Positions 26,170 to 40,654 are shown, numbered from the stretch's first letter. The stretch is DNA of 64,000 nucleotides from Octopus vulgaris (GCA_951406725.2 OX597816.1:17484001-17548000), one strand, 5' to 3'. Made by a program: numbers and translations. The notes: a model not told the origin generated them from the sequence alone.

Positions 26170-26575
26170 GAGCACACACAAATTCAAAGACTTTCCAGCT
26201 CTGACCACCTCATATTTTTCCAGACTACATTAGCACTACATTAGACTACATTACGTGCTTTTAGATGCTTTAAGACGATAGTGTGATTTGACAGAAATTC
26301 AGCTTCTAAATCCAACCAAATTTTTGCTAAATTGAGTCTCTTTGGATGAAAGACACCGAGTTCATATATGTCATATTCTGCAACCTGAATCTGGTGCCTT
26401 GTGAAAATGTCTTTTATTCTGTTCTTGCAAGTGAAGTTCAACGACAATGAAAATGTCCTTTCTTTAATGAAGCATTTAACACTTTCTGAATGCGACAGTG
26501 CAGTAAAATGGCTATTTCACGTTTTCCTACTGCCGTTGCTTTTCTGTAGGAGCTATTCTTTCGGTTTTCGCCATT
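26170..26575 (-). pseudogene. Possible decayed mariner transposase N-terminal (HTH) region
   Basis: LEAEFLSNHTIVLKHLKA..AGKSLNL resembles the mariner ELA..HTTV..HL..GK motif. Confidence 0.35.
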
Positions 26576-26964
26576 GATGTATGTATGTATGTATGTATGT
26601 ATGTATGTATGTATGTATGTATGTATGTATGTTCGTACGTATGCATGTATGAATCCTTGTATGTATGAGTATTTATGTATGTGCATGTATATGTATGTAT
26701 CTTTCTAGGTATGTATATATATATACATATATATTATGTAAATAGAAAGATGAATAATCTATGTAGTAGATTAATCAAAAGTTTAACCGATACCTTAGTA
26801 GCAAAAATCACAGCAGTAAAACAGCACGGTTGGAGGTACAACCATATGGTGTTGCAACCGTGCGTTGGTGCGGATATAGAACATTATTGGTGTATACATA
26901 TATATATATATTGGTGTATATGTATATATATATATATATATACATACATACATATATATATATA

Positions 26965-27006
<42 letters not shown>

Positions 27007-27093
27007 CATATATACATATATATACATACATATATATATATATACACATATATATACATATATATACATACATATATATATATATATGTGTAT

Positions 27094-27144
<51 letters not shown>

Positions 27145-27649
27145 CATATATATATATATACATACATACATACATACATATATATAGATGTCTATATATA
27201 TATATACATACATACATATATATATACATATATATATATACACACACACACATATATGTATATCATTATTACATACGCACATACACAAATGTATCTATAT
27301 ACAAGTATACGCACACACATACGCACATAATATTAAGAAGTTTTATTCTTATCGATGTTCATTGTGTGATCATAGACAGATAACTCGCTGTGTAACAATA
27401 GTTAATGGTTACATCAGGCGCACGCACACGCACACACACATGAAGTAAGGTGCCTTTAACTTCGAGTAACAATTATTACGAAAACTGATAAAGCGGTAAA
27501 GTGTTGAGTGAGAATTCAACGGAATTCAACAGAACCGAATTTGAAATACAATAAAATAGGAAACGTGTAGTTAGTTATTTTGACCCTTATATCAAAGACA
27601 TTCCAGCCGTGACTATTCCACTTATTTATATATTTATTACCAGATTAAA

Positions 27650-28265
27650 GGTGGAGAGCTGTGATGTGAGAGTCGTTAGCACGCCGGGCTAACGATTCTC
27701 AAAAATGCTTACCGGCATTTCGTCTGTCCTTCCGTTCTGAGTTCAAATTCCGCTGAGGTCGACTTTGCCTTTTATCCTTTCGGGGTCGATAAATTAAAGT
27801 ACCAGTCGAGCACTGGGGTTGATGTAATCAACTAGTCCACTCCCACCTAACTTCAGGCTTTGTGCCTTTAGTAGAAAGGGTTATCAATGCTAAAAAGGTG
27901 GCGAGCTGGCAGAATGGTTAGCACGCCAGGCAAAGCATTTAGCTGCATTTCGTCTGTTTTCACGTTCTGAGTTCATATTCCGGTGAAGTCAACTTTCCCT
28001 TTCGCTGGGGTTGGTGCAGTCGACTTACCCACTTCCCGAAATTGTCAGACGTGTGCCAAAATATGAAATCAATATTTATTAACACATTGTCCCACGTGCC
28101 TTTATATATTCAAATGATAGTATGAGTTCATATACCGTCGAGGTTATCTTTAACTTTTATCCTTTCGAGGTCGATATGATAAAGTACCAGTAAAGTACTG
28201 GGGTCAATGTAATCGACTTGTCAATCCCCACTCAAAATTACTGGTCTTGTGCTAAAATTTGAAAG
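27650..28265 (+). mobile_element. Cluster of family A1 SINE copies
   Basis: Three to four tandem heads and cores. Confidence 0.85.
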
Positions 28266-28479
28266 AAAATTTCAATCTATATTTAACCGGCAGAGTATGA
28301 TCTCAAGTAGTTCTACGGTTGCTATCTCTAGCAACTGTGTAGAAGTTTTCTCCTTGATTCAAGGCCCCTCAAAACAAAGCCCTCTCGGCATGATGTACTA
28401 TGCACATTCCCAAATCTACGAACGGTCAGTCACACCTATAAAGTAGTCATGAGACTACTTTATAGATGTGAAGGCAGGC

Positions 28480-28675
28480 TGCTTGGTGGTTATCATTGAT
28501 CGCTAGCCACTAAACCTTTATATTTTCTCCCTCTGCTTATTTCTGTGTTCCTTTCTGTTGAAGAGCGTAGGCTCGAAATGCAAAAGACTTTCTCACTAAC
28601 CGTGCATTAAACTAATACGTCTGTTTGTTGTTTATACACCCGTCTTCGTCTTTTGTTTTGTAAATTCCAACTACT
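28480..28675 (+). mobile_element. Penelope-like terminal fragment with degenerate hammerhead (homolog of 16061-16252)
   Basis: CTTT-CTGTTGA-A-GAGC-GTAG-GCTC-GAAA-TGCA-AAAG at 28551-28586. Confidence 0.65.
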
Positions 28676-28944
28676 TGACTAACGTTCGATTTCCGGCGGC
28701 GCATTGTGTCTTTGAGCAAGGCACTTTATTTCACGTTGTACTATCCACTTAGCAGCCAAAAGAATGACAAGTATTTCAAAGGGACAGCCTTGTTACATTC
28801 TTTGTCACGCCACGCTGAATCTTCCCGAGAACTACGTGTGTCTGTTAATTTCTCGAGCAGGTTGTTCCATTGATCAGATCAATTGGAACGAGTGCCAGTT
28901 ACTTTAGTGGTTAAATGTATAAGTAATATTCTATGTAGGAAATG

Positions 28945-30005
28945 AGGCAGCGAACCGCAAGAACCGTTAACACAGCAGACAAAATGCTTAGCGGTATTCT
29001 GCGGGCTGGCAGAAACGTTAGCAAACCGGGCGAAATGCTTAGCGGTATTTCGTTGCCGCTACGTTCTGAGTTCAAATTCCACCGAGGTCGACTTTGCCTT
29101 TCATCCTTTCGGGGTCGATAAATCAAGTACCAGTTACGCACTGGGGTCGATATAACTGACTTAATCCATTTGTCCGTCCTTGATTGTCCCCTCTGTGTTT
29201 AGTTCCTTGTGGGTAGTAAAGTAATAGGTATTTCGTCTGCCGTTACGTTCTGAGTTCAAATTCCGCCGAGGTCGACTTTGCCTTTCATCCTTTCGGGTCG
29301 ATTAAATTAAGTACCAGTTACGCACTGGGGTTGATATAATCGACTTAATCCTTTTGTCTGTCCTTGTCTGTCCTTGTCCTCTCTGTGTTTAGCCCCTTGT
29401 GGGTAGTAAAGAAATAGGTATTTCTTCCATCTTCACGTTCTGAGGTCAAATTCCGCCAAGGTCAACGTTACCTTTCATCCTTTTGGGGTCGATAAATTAA
29501 GTATCAGTTGAACTAATCGATTTATCCCCTCTACCGAAATTGCTAGCCTTGTACCAAAATTTGAAACAATATTCTATGTAGGAACAAAGCAATGCGCTGA
29601 TAGAATCTTAATCGCGCCAGACAAAATGCTGAGTGGTATGTTTTTTCGACTTTGCGTTCTAAGTTCAAATGCCGCCGGTGTCAACTTTGCCTTTTGTTTT
29701 TCGGGGTCTATACAAAAAATACCAGTTGAACACTGGGGTCGATGTAACTGATTTACTTTGAAATCAATATTTTATGCAGGAATAAGGCAATGCGTTGGCA
29801 GAATCATTACCGTGCCGAACAAAATGCGTAGTGGCATTTCTTCCGACTTTATGTTCTGACTTTAATTTCCTCCAGAGTCGATTTCGTCTTTTATCCTTTC
29901 GAGGTCAGCAAAATAAAATCCCAGTTGAGCCCTGGGGCCGATGGAATCGCCTTACCCGCTATACCCCGAACTTGCAGGTCTCGTACCAAAATTTGAAACC
30001 AGGAA
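28945..30005 (+). mobile_element. Cluster of A1 SINEs with a nested A2 dimer
   Basis: An A1 head is interrupted at GGTATT by two A2 bodies; the A1 body resumes at ~29418; two more A1 copies follow. Confidence 0.9.
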
Positions 30006-30423
30006 TTGGCCGTATTGAGGGTCTTGGTCTGATGGGCGGGAAATTGAAATAAACCATAACTTATGGCTTATTCTCAAAACCAGACTCTTGGCTACTTGCA
30101 ACAGAGTGGATACCTCTAAACGGACCAGTGAACCAGGAGATTGTGTTAAGCCGAGCGAGAAATTAACTCTACCACTTTTTTTTTCCATTTTGATCTTCCA
30201 TAACTTTATGATATGCACATTAGCATTTTTTTGTTTTTAGTATTTTTGTTGCTGGTTTTTATTTATTCTATTGTCATTCGTTAATATTAAAGCGTTTATT
30301 GACGAGATGTCTGCTAAGCACTCCCACTGCGTTTGCGATCGTACAGTCTGAAAAGCGAAAGAAAAAGAAGTCTCCATCAGAGCCTGCGCGCGCGCGTAGA
30401 TTCAATGTTTACAACCAGTGAAA

Positions 30424-30445
30424 CTACTACTGCTGCTGCTGCTGT

Positions 30446-30489
<44 letters not shown>

Positions 30490-30599
30490 ATAATAATAAT
30501 AATAATAATAATACTACCACCACCACCAGTACTACTACTATTACCACCACCACAACCACTGCTATTACTACTACCATCATCACCACCATAACCACCATC

Positions 30600-30671
<72 letters not shown>

Positions 30672-31009
30672 GCTACTACCACCACCACCACCACCACCAC
30701 CACCACCACCACCACCACCACTACTACTACTATTACCACCACCACCACTACTATTACTACTATTACCACCACCATTACCATCACTACTATTACTACTACC
30801 ATCATCACCACCACCACAATCTCCAACATCACCACCACTACTACTACTACTACTACCACCATCGCCACCGCGGCGGCTGTCGCTGCTGCTGCTGTTGTTG
30901 CTGCTACTGCTGTTGCTAACTGCTGCTCGTGTGTGTGTGTGTGTATGTGTGTACGTGTGTGTGTATACTTGTGTGTACATACATATACACATACACACAG
31001 AGATACATA

Positions 31010-31050
<41 letters not shown>
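30424..31050. repeat. (ACT)n/(ACC)n/(AAT)n/(GCT)n and (GT)n/(CA)n tracts
   Basis: Direct observation. Confidence 0.95.
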
Positions 31051-32327
31051 ATACACACATTAAAGATTTACATAACGCTGTGTATTTATATTTGAAAATA
31101 AGACGTTTATGAAATATAAATGTAAATAATTTTGAATTCTGAAAAAAGATTTGGTTAGAATTTCTAAGAGCCGTGGTATCTCCTCCATTTCAGAAGACAC
31201 CAACTGATTGGAGAGATGGAAAGCAAAAGTATCATGCAACGTTTAGCTATAAATGAGCAATTTAAGACGATCACTCTGGAGAGTGTCAATAGTCTAACAA
31301 CCATGTTTTGGTAAAGTACCAAAAACAGGAACTGAAAAAGCTATCAAACAGAAATAAAAATGGAATAAATTCAAGATGTATAAGAGAAAGAAAATGAAAG
31401 AAAACCAAAAAAAAAAAAAAAAAAAAGCTGAAATACAAAAAAAAAAATTATAGAAAAATCAAATAGCGTTAGCAATTGATTATATTTGTATCTAAGAGTA
31501 ATCTGTTAAAAACACTGTAGTGAAGCAAAAGAACAGCTTTTAAGAAAACTAAAACATAAAGCCTATATCTTTCAGCTTCGCTAGCTCCGATTCTCATTAA
31601 ACAACCAGTGCGATGTGTCTGTATTGTTAAGGTAAGGCAAAACTGAACGTCGCTCTGTGTCGTTGTTGACGCCGAACGGGTTGATTCTGTGTGAAATGTT
31701 TTATAACGTGGAAAAGGTTCGGAGTCATTGCTAAGTAACCCAAACAAAAGTCTCTGTGGGTAATGAGATCAACTGGAAACTCATTCATATCTTAAGCAAA
31801 CTCTAAAATTCTCAGTACGAACACTTCCTACACTTAAATGCTAAATGGAAATAATTCTATTTGATTTTATGTAAAATAAATAAAAAGAATATATAAATAA
31901 ATAAAAATAAATGAAAGATAAAAAATAAAAAAAGTTAAATAAAAATATAAAATTCTAATTTTAGAAAGTAAAGAATTTCTCTGTTTGTCTCAGGCCTAAT
32001 AAATATATTTTTTCAAACATTTAACAGGAATTTTATTACATCAAATTACCCCGTAAACCTCATAAATTAATGCGTAATGTGTTAGTGATGGTTTAAGTAG
32101 TATAGTAGTCTTAAACCAAAGTGTTAGCTGCAATACGATCTTTCTCTATTAGTTATCCTTCGATTAGCTCACAACCCAATAATATTGGTGAGAAAGCAGG
32201 AGCTATTATAACATATATGCTATTATAATAAGCACTAGATGCGTGGGTAAAGCTAAAAAACCTCAGATGCATTCTGGAATCAGATTATAGATTCTACTCT
32301 CTTTTAGCTTATCGATTTACTCCAGAC

Positions 32328-32669
32328 CAGGAGTACTCAACTATTTTTTATCTATCGACCCCTTTGATTACTGTTTCATTCTGGTTGACCCCTACCATAG
32401 CCATTCGATGTTTAAAAACTAGTTTTATAGAAGCTTCTTTCAAGATTCCAGTTTTGTTTTCCACACATTCACTTGTGTAGGTTGAGCTTTGTTAAAATGT
32501 TAGAGAAAGAAACCCAGCTGTTTCTTGCAATACATACGTCTAAAGCAAAGATTTTTCAGGGCCCCTTAAAATACTATTGTGGATCCCATATTTACTATTT
32601 TGTTACGCGGACCTCAAAAATCCTATATCGCCCCTTAGTGGCCATATGGACCCCAGTTTTGAACCACCG
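32328..32669. mobile_element. hAT (Charlie-like) MITE
   Basis: Degenerate TIRs CAGGAGTACTCAAC / GTTTTGAACCACCG with subterminal GGACCCC motifs. Confidence 0.6.
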
Positions 32670-32729
32670 CTCTGATCAATTGCCACCCTGAGATCAATAC
32701 AAATTCAATGTCTTAGGCCATTATTATTA

Positions 32730-32910
32730 CCGTAATTACTCGAGTATAAGTCGCATTTGTGTATAAGTCGCGCTCTTGTATAAGTCGTACCCCTAATTTA
32801 GAGCTAAATCCCCTTCATATTTCTATCTTTGATCGAGTATAAGTCACCTCCAGTTTGTTTCAGTTAAAATCAAGTACGGAGTAATGCGACTTATAGACGT
32901 GTAAGTATGG
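32730..32910. mobile_element. Tc1/mariner-superfamily (pogo-like) MITE
   Basis: TA|CCGTAATTACTCGAGTATAAGTCGCA ... TGCGACTTATAGACGTGTAAGTATGG; internal TATAAGTCG repeats. Confidence 0.75.
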
Positions 32911-34001
32911 TTATTAAACGAATTATTCAAAAATAACCGCAAAGCAACCTCAAATTCCGGCAATCTCTCAACCCATTGGATTGTAATGGCGCATCTGGAA
33001 AATATATTATTCTCTTGTGCATGTTATAAACAAACCGTTCTAGTATACTCCGCCCTCTGTTAGCTATAGACAGGAGGAGTATAGCTCGGTATTTCAAGTA
33101 GTAAACTACTTCACGTTACCGTTGCTGTATAGAGTTATATATACCATGTTAATCGATGAGTATATTTAAGAATTGAATGCCCCAGACGCGTATTAATTCA
33201 GTTATATGTAATAAAAATTGTCAGCAGATTGATTTTATGACACTGTTTTATGAACAAGGAAATATAAAAAGGAAATGATATATCACTGTTAAATCGTCTT
33301 TTTACTTGTCTATAGTCAATGCAGTCAGCAGTTGGCATTGATATTATTGTGTTGTGTTTATAATATTCCCGATTACACAACACAACACAACACACACATA
33401 CGCTTATGAGCCAGAGTGTAAGAGTGACAGGATCATAAAATGTTTGCTACAAACTCATAAGTTTAATTTTGCCGGTAAGCATGATATTGGCTTCTCTAAG
33501 ATGACATGTTACTAGTGAATATTCCATGTTTAAAACGATATCAGTTTGAACCAAGGGATTAAGTGTCTCTCCGTAATGGCATTAAAATTGCTGCTAGTTT
33601 TGTCAAACTCCAGGTCAACATAGATCGTGTGGATAAATGTTCAAAGGCATTTCAGCTACTATTATAGATTACTCTATTAGTTTCTATCATCCAATAATTC
33701 TGGTGAAGAAGCCCGAGGTATTGTTGCGTTCTTGCAATTCTAACAAGCACTGAATGTGTAGATAAAGCAAAATGGCTATTAAGACTTATCTTCTCCTCCT
33801 TGCGTCACCAGATCGATGAACCATTTCTGGTAAATTCCTTACTAAGTTGTTATGAAATTCCGTGGGAAAAGGCTAAGAAATCTGTCTTTCATATTTTTCA
33901 AGCGTTTTTCTTTTTTTTTTAAGAGACTTTAGTGTTAATCACTTCGAGGGCTCTCAGCTCTTTGATGGAGTCAAAAAGGCATCGGTGTGTAGTGTCTATA
34001 A

Positions 34002-34232
34002 GGCGGCGAGCTGGCAGAAACGTTAGCACGCCGGATGAAATGCTTAGCGGTATTTCGTCTGTCGTTACGTTGTGAGTTCAAATTCCGCCGAGGTCAACTT
34101 TGCCTTTCATCCTTTCGGGGTCGATAAATTAAGTACCAGTTACGCTCTGGGGTCGATATAATCGACTTAATACCTATGTCTGTCCTTGTTTGTCCCCTCT
34201 ATGTTTAGCCCCTTGTGGGTAATAAAGAAATA
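34002..34232 (+). mobile_element. SINE family A2 monomer, full length
   Basis: TSD GGTGTGTAGTGTCT at 33984-33997 and 34233-34246. Confidence 0.95.
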
Positions 34233-34532
34233 GGTGTGTAGTGTCTTCGATACTTTAAGAACCCATGCGTTCTAGAGAGAAGGGAAAAGAGATAAAGAGA
34301 AGGAGAGAAAGGGAGAGAGAAAGAGAGAAAAAGAAAGCGAGAAAGAGGGAGAGGGGTGGGAGATAGAGGGGGAGGTGAGAGAGGAAGGTGAGAAAGAAAG
34401 AGAGAGATGAGAGAAAAAGAGAGAAGAAGAGTGAGAGAGATGTGGGTGACAGACGAAGAGAGACAGAGAAAGGGAGATAGAGAGAGGTGAGAAAGATGCG
34501 GCAGAGAGAGGTGGGAGAGAGAGGGAAAGAGG

Positions 34533-34770
34533 GAAAATTCTCTGAGGTCGACTTTGCTTTTCATCCTTTCGGGGTCGATAATATAAGCATCAGTTGAGTA
34601 CTGGGGTCGATATAATCGACTTAATCCCTTTGCCTGTTCTTGTTTGTCCCCTCTGTGTTTAGCCCCTTGTGGGTAGTAAACTAACTCCCTCTCCGAAAAT
34701 TGCTGCCTTTGTGCGACTAACTCTCTCTCCGAAAATTGCTGGCTTTGTGCCAAAATGTAAAATCAATATT
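34533..34770 (+). mobile_element. A1/A2 chimeric SINE fragment
   Basis: Core plus A2 tail followed by A1 tail. Confidence 0.75.
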
Positions 34771-35109
34771 TAAACGGTATTATTGACAACTTTATTTGCT
34801 TTGAGATCCAACTTTCCAAACAATTTCAGAAGCATTTTTGTAGGTATGTAGATTAAAGTTGTAATTAATTATGGTGAATGAGTATTGAGGATTCAAGTGA
34901 GAGAGAAAATAAGTAGTGGTCGGGTAATAAAAGGTAAAAAAAAAGGAGTTAATATCCAACCCCAGGTTAGGGCTATGGCCCGTCAGTCCAAAGGTTTCTT
35001 TTTGTCTGTTTGTTTTTCTAGACAGATTCAGCATCCATCACCGGCTTGTCAGGCCTGTGGTGTCTTCACCATATTGCAAAGTTTTGCTAGCTCAGTAACC
35101 TGTAGGAAC

Positions 35110-35717
35110 GGGAAATACAGTGTTTTGTTCAAGAATACAATGCATCGCCCGATCCAGGAACCGAAACCACAATCTTATGATTACGAATCCAACAACTATA
35201 ACGACTAAGCCACGCACCCTTTTTAAAGCCTAGCCAGGTTCATGGTCCCGATTTCCCGGTTTCTATGGCATATGTGTTCCCCAGCTGGACAGGACGCCAG
35301 TCCATCGCAGCGTTACTCATTTTTGCCAGCTGAGTGGACTGGAGCAACGCGAAATGAAGTGTTTTGCTCAAGAACACAACGCGTCGCCCGATCCAGGAAT
35401 CGAAACCACAATCTTACGATCATATGCTGACACCCTAACCACTAAGCTACGTGCCTCCACTAAATAAATGTGCCCTTTTAAAGCATAACCAGGCTCATGG
35501 GCCCAGTTTCCCGATTTCTATGGCGTATGTGTTCCCCAGCTGGACAGGACGCCAGTCCAGCGCAGCGTTACTCATTTTTGCCAGCTGAGTGGACTGGAGC
35601 AACATGGGATAAAGTGTTTTGCTCAAGAACACAACGCGTCGCCCGCTCCAGGAATCGAAACCACAATCTTACGATCATGATGCTGACACCCTAACCACTA
35701 AGCCACGCACATCCACA
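35110..35717 (-). mobile_element. Tandem copies of SINE family D (tRNA head, CORE-like and V-like domains)
   Basis: Two near-identical ~240-bp copies plus an older head; CTTGAGCAAAACAC and GCGATGGACTGGCGTCCTGTCCAG motifs. Confidence 0.85.
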
Positions 35718-36696
35718 AGCTGGTCATGTGTTGAAGTCAATTAATAGCGACTCTGCCTTTTCGGAAGTGTTGGCGTCATGACAAGGCATCACCATTATTA
35801 TCCACGGACGATGTTGTATGCGCGTAGTAATGAAAGAACAAGGTGAAATATTTTTCCCATGTTTCCTTATCGGAACTATAACATGTCATAATAGCTCATG
35901 CACACTTGAAAAAGTAAACAAATTGTATTCCGAGAGGAATTGTTACACATTTTTATCAATAATTCTGACAAGATATTTACCGATTCTACATCACATCTAT
36001 AAACACATGAAACTCCAACGAATGAAAATATAGATTACAAAGAAGAAAACCAAACAGATGAGCATGAAAAAAAAAAAAAAAAAAAAAGGTGGGGGAGGAG
36101 AGAATGGAAAATTTTAAATAAAATAAAATACGATACACCACAATTTATTTTATGCAGAATCTGGAGTCGATATCTGCACAATAAAATACAGAAATTTAAA
36201 AAATATATTCTGGTTTTATTGGAAATTCGAAATATACATTAGTAACAGAATTATAAAGTGCTTTATGGAGCTCAATATCTGAATAAATGGCTGTGTGATT
36301 TAACCAAGTGTATTACACATTTGCGAATGTGAACCAAACAACGTCTATACGTTACCACATGCGCTAACGCACAGACACATGCGTTTGTATGTGTGTAGGT
36401 ATACGTTCACACATATATGTATATAAATGCATAAGCATGCGTATAGCTTATTTTGGCCGAATCAGTCGGGTGTTGCTCTAGAGTTTCCTGTGGTGACCTA
36501 TTTATTGAACCACCCATCCTTACAGATTCATGGAAGAAAATAGTCGATCGGCCATCATGGAAAAAAAAAACTGGAGTAACAACCAACTCATTTGGCCGGA
36601 ATCAATTATGGTACTCTGCCACGTTATTTAGTACTCTATCTCAGGTTCCACTTTCTTTCCTACTCTATCTCTGTCTCTGTTTTTCTTTCTACACAC

Positions 36697-36763
<67 letters not shown>

Positions 36764-36786
36764 GACATACATAAGCATAAACACAC

Positions 36787-37185
36787 TGGCTTCCCAACAA
36801 CATGGTTCCAGGTTCAGTCCATTCGTGGCACTTTGAGCAAGTGTCTTCTGCTATAGCCTCGAATCAATCAAAGCCAGTGAGGGGATTTGGTAGACGGAAA
36901 CTGAAAGAAGCCTGTCATATATATGTGTGTGTGTGTGTATGTGTGTACATATGTGTATACATATATATATATATATATATACATATATGTGTGTGTGTCT
37001 TTGTGCCTGTGTTTACATCACCGTAACTTAGCGATGTGGCAAAAGTGACCGGTAGAATAATTCTAAGCTTAAGAAATAAGTCCTGGGGTGGGGTCGATTT
37101 GTTCGACTAAAACCTTTGAAGGTGGTGCTCCAGCATGGCCGCAGTCACCTGACTAAAACAAGTAAAGAGAATAAAAGAATAAAGA
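36787..37185 (+). mobile_element. SINE family B
   Basis: Homology to 20230-20690. Confidence 0.85.
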
Positions 37186-37281
37186 ACACACCCACACATA
37201 CATACACACAATCACGCACACACACACATTCATTCACGCATGTGTGTGTGAAACGCCCGTGTCTGTGTATATATACGTGTG

Positions 37282-37351
<70 letters not shown>

Positions 37352-37559
37352 CGTATATATATATATATGTGCCTGTATGTGTATGTGTGGATAGATGTAC
37401 AGACATCATGGATAAATTGGATAAATTAGTGACTTTTTTTATCTTTTTTTCTTTCTTTTTAGCTTTACATTCAGAGTTTCGTTGTATGAGGATCCGACAA
37501 CCATTTTTATGTTCTGTTATCCATATTATTTTTACGAAATTTGAATCTAGCTAACGATT

Positions 37560-38052
37560 TCGAAGCAAATTCTACATAAATGTGGATTGTTCTATAAAGC
37601 AGCTGAATCCTGACATTGACTTTACTTTTGATTCCTTAAGTCGACCCAGGAGGTTTAGCTGCTACTTTAATAGTTTCATTTAGCAAGTTAACCATCATTC
37701 ATTGCGATTCACTGCAGGTTTTCCAAATATTTCTGGCTATACATAAGGACTTTTGGAATTTTGCTGAGTTTCAGTTTGATGACATAATTATTCTATTTTA
37801 ATTGGAATCGCAAAAGAGAGGATTCAACATCACCGATTTTACATTAAGAGAATAGGTCAATATTCAAAATCCTGTCATTCAGCCTGTATCCGTAAATGGT
37901 CTGAAAACTCCATGTATTAAAAGGTATCAATCTGGTTGGTATGTCTTCGTTAGGGCATTCAAGATTCTGATCAGAGCAGGAGAGTAGAAAGGATTTCATC
38001 CAGGCAGACATTAATTTTTGCAGCCGATGAGATTCTTCGTTTATCCCATAGA

Positions 38053-38055
<3 letters not shown>
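37560..38055 (-). pseudogene. Decayed RTE-clade LINE ORF2 C-terminal region
   Basis: LWDKRRISSAAKINV..ILSTLL..SES..RRHT..IDTF, DRILN and KIPKVLMYSQ resemble RTE-BovB motifs. Confidence 0.65.
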
Positions 38056-38139
<84 letters not shown>

Positions 38140-38144
<5 letters not shown>

Positions 38145-38439
38145 AAAACAAGTGGATGTATTCCACCGAAACTAGGTAAATAAAACCATCGAACAGAGAT
38201 TGTCAGAAGCGACACCTACTGGTCTGGCTACGCTGCATTGAAAAGGGGCAATACCCCGAAACGCGTCTGTAGCTGCCGGTCAAGTAGTGTGGAGCGACTG
38301 ACCTCCCTTGTTCGAAGGTTATATGGATACAGTTTGTGTATCAAATAGCTAACTTAAGGCGATGGCCTCATGGAGCCAATAAGCGGACAGCTTTATTCTT
38401 ATTTTTATAAGAATGCCATATTAGTATGGCGATAACTAT

Positions 38440-38440
<1 letters not shown>
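38140..38440 (+). mobile_element. ~300-bp Penelope-like element between (TA)n tracts
   Basis: Unique segment bounded by (TA)n on both sides and carrying a hammerhead motif. Confidence 0.6.
38232..38273 (+). ncRNA. Minimal type I hammerhead ribozyme motif (U3-A8 core variant)
   Basis: GCTGCA-TTGAAAA-GGGG CAATA CCCC-GAAA-CGCG-TC-TGTAGC; stems I and II pair fully and stem III is the palindrome ACGCGT. Confidence 0.8.
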
Positions 38441-38516
<76 letters not shown>

Positions 38517-38531
38517 GCACATACACATATT

Positions 38532-38576
<45 letters not shown>

Positions 38577-39724
38577 ATATATATGTATATATATGCACAT
38601 ACACATATTTATGTATATGAAATATAATATATATATATATTTATATATGTGTGTGTGTGTATGTGTGAATATTTATATATATATATGTATATGTATACAT
38701 GCATACACACACATACACACATAAATGTGTGTGAATGCATATATATATGTCTATATGTACATGTCTCTGTGTGTGTTAATATGTGTACATATATATTCAC
38801 ACGTATATGTAAGCTTGTGTATATGTGTGTATGTATGCATGTATGTATGTACGTATGTACGCACAATGCAGTTTAAGAGCCTCTTTCCAAAATGAGCGAT
38901 AATCTTCAAACACGAAAATTCGTTTTCAGCTGACCGAGTAAAATTTATTATAAGCTGTGGAAAAATTTTTGCAAATATTTGCTAAGTCAATTGAAATGTT
39001 CTCGTATAGGCTGCAACAGGGAGAAGTAATAATTTAATATAACAAATTAGATGCGATAGAATATAAAAACAAAAAAAAATATCCTACAACAAAATGGAAG
39101 CAATAATTTATGATGATAAACTCCGAAGAATTTAGCATCAAACAGCATTAATTATATAAACTCAAACAGAAATACAACGGTTTTGTAGCATGCAGATACT
39201 AGGAATGGTGCACTGAGAATTGCGTTAATGGAAAGAGCAAAAGGAAAGAGCGGGATTTGCAAATGGCTGATAAACAAGGCAGCCAATTGACTTTCACTTA
39301 GTTTATTATACTTCTCTCGTTTGTAAATTATAAACCTTCTACAAATACAAGAGAGGGAAAGTAAGTATAAATGCACTCGATCTCTCATATGCACACATAC
39401 CTATACGCATGCGCAGAAAACCACATATAAGCATAGATGTCTTTCTAACCATATATTTCTGTGTGCGTGCATGTAGCTGTTTATCATTATATTACATATA
39501 CAGACAAACACACAGACACGCGCACATGTAAACAGACAGATGCATACGTATATACGCACGCCCACACATACATAGAAATAGATCGATCAATAAATAGATA
39601 GGTTGGTACATAGGTGGATATATAGATAGATAGATACATATATATATACACATATAAATAAATCGATCGATAGATATGTAGGTAGAGAGATAAATAAATA
39701 GCTAGCTAGATAGATAGATAGATT

Positions 39725-40290
39725 CATGCATGCATACATACATACATACATACATACATACATACATACATACATACATACATACATACATACATACTAC
39801 ATATTTACATACATACTTACATGCATACATATATAAATCAATCGATCGATGGATGGATAGGTAGGTAGAGAGACTACTAGCTAGTTAGCATATATACATA
39901 CATACATGCATGCATACATACGTACATACATACATGCATACATACATACATTCATGCATACATACATACATACATATATACATGCATGCATACACACACA
40001 CATACATACATGCACGCATACATACATGCATACATACATACATATATGCATACATACATAATACATACATACATAATACATACATACATACATACATACA
40101 TGCATGCATACATGCATACATACATGCATACATACATGCATACATACATACATATATACATGCATATATACATGCATACATACATACATACATGCATGCA
40201 TACATATATTCATACATACATAATACATTCATACATGCAAGCATACATACATGCATACATACATACATACATACATACATACATGCATAG
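39725..40290. repeat. (TACA/TGCA)n tetranucleotide tracts
   Basis: Direct observation. Confidence 0.95.
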
Positions 40291-40371
40291 ACAGACAGAT
40301 AGCTAGCTAGACAGGCAGACAGATAGACATACAGACACACAGATACATGTCTGGGCGTATCTAGTAACATT

Positions 40372-40555
40372 TCATGCAGAAAGGAAGAATTTCAATCGAG
40401 TGCCTTTGATTACCATTTCCGTTTTATCCATGCAGCATATGGCTTCCAGCATTGTTTCACAAACATTGCCGTAAGGAGTATCAAGTGCATCCAAAATAGA
40501 ATTCCAGCCTTTGGAAAATCTATACAAACGTCTGAGAGTCTTGATAAACATGCTA
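40372..40555 (-). pseudogene. Possible LINE RT fragment
   Basis: RFSKGWNSI..YGN..LEAI..M resembles DFSKAFDSI..YGIP..AI..LY. Confidence 0.35.
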
Positions 40556-40654
40556 TTCATAATTATGATATTTATAATTAGGATTAATAAAAAAAAAACG
40601 GTAAAACCCCCTCAAATTTATGTTGTTTTTTATGAAATTTTAATTTATGTTTTA

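Noticed and set aside
30333-31112. Poly-Thr mucin-like ORF
   Set aside because: Pure (ACT/ACC)n microsatellite running into (GT)n/(CA)n
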